Assembly: GCA_964477685.1 (NCBI GenBank)
Contig: CAYZHK010000002.1
Location: 1 to 55,430 of the forward strand
From: an uncultured Nitrososphaerota archaeon
GTDB lineage: Archaea; Thermoproteota; Methanomethylicia; Methanomethylicales; Methanomethylicaceae
DNA: 55,430 bases
Reading direction: 5' to 3'
A program made the translations under genes and the position numbers. Shown here piece after piece: positions 55,063 through 55,430 of the stretch. Numbering within the stretch: the stretch's first letter is position 1; each line of letters begins with the position of its first letter. The notes under the pieces were generated by a model. It was not told the DNA's origin, made no database searches, and saw only the letters and a list, made by a program, of their open reading frames with translations.

Positions 55063-55430
55063 ATGGAGACCCACCGTGCCTTTCTTGCCCTAGACCTTTC
55101 GCAGGAGGTGAGGGGCAGGATAATGAAGCTCGAGGAGGAAGTGGGCCGAGCCAGGGGAGATGTGAAGCTTGTGGCGGCCGAGAACCTCCACGTGACCATG
55201 AAATTCCTTGGCGCCATAGGAGATGGAGGCGTAGAGGCGGTCCAGGAGGTGATGAGGTCGGTTAGGTGGAAACCTTTCCCCATGGAGGCGAAGGGAACAG
55301 GCGTCTTCCCCAACCCCAGAATGGCAAGGGTTATCTGGGTAGGCGTGGGGGCGGGCAGCGAGGATGTTGTCGCGGTCTTCAGGCAGCTGGAGGCAGGGCT
55401 GGCGAGGGCGGGGTTCCCCAGGGAGAGGGA
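55063..55430 (+). CDS. thpR: RNA 2',3'-cyclic phosphodiesterase (ThpR/LigT, 2H family), 3' end outside the window
   Basis: My own translation from ATG 55063 gives METHRAFLALDLSQEV...ENLHVTMKFLG (first HxT motif). It is open to the window end, and is absent from the track because there is no stop. Confidence 0.8.
   Translation, partial: METHRAFLALDLSQEVRGRIMKLEEEVGRARGDVKLVAAENLHVTMKFLGAIGDGGVEAVQEVMRSVRWKPFPMEAKGTGVFPNPRMARVIWVGVGAGSEDVVAVFRQLEAGLARAGFPRER

Noticed and set aside
55026-55313. A 95-aa minus-strand ORF at the right edge of the window.
   Set aside because: The plus strand encodes a recognisable 2H phosphodiesterase (ThpR, HVTMKFLG) that is open to the end of the window. The minus-strand product has no features.

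Overview
This is a densely coding archaeal chromosomal segment, roughly 60% GC by eye, with genes on both strands. I recognised no rRNA, tRNA, CRISPR array or transposase. The flanks are housekeeping and information-processing genes: radA, ppsA, trmI, an EndoQ-like nuclease, proS, speH, trm1, rnhB, fibrillarin/nop5, rlmE, tfb, gar1, srp19, S8e, hypA/hypE, uppS, prs, RNase Z and conserved archaeal UPF/DUF proteins.

The centrepiece is a gap-free minus-strand block of about 17 kb (26.1 kb down to 8.9 kb). It holds 26 genes:
- an Mrp-type antiporter module (MrpE/F/G/B/C/D-like);
- three polyferredoxins with 14 cubane motifs between them;
- a group-4 [NiFe] hydrogenase core (NuoI-, NuoB-, NuoD- and NuoH-like, all four Ni-Fe cysteines present, no NuoC-like subunit);
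- after an 8-nt spacer, the A1AO ATP synthase genes atpF-E-A-B-D-(49-aa ORF)-K-I.

atpH and atpC lie on the opposite strand behind trmI and converge on atpI.

Other points worth a second look:
- an in-frame TGA splitting a PflX-like radical SAM gene;
- an rlmE gene with no usable start next to a C7 homopolymer;
- a winged-helix plus Cys-cluster protein beside tfb;
- a roughly 39% GC islet encoding a small membrane protein;
- an unusually long 335-nt spacer.

The ORF track translates GTG/TTG starts as M, and several starts were moved to internal ATG/TTG codons. All family assignments come from motif recognition by eye, not database searches. The lineage cannot be fixed from this window.
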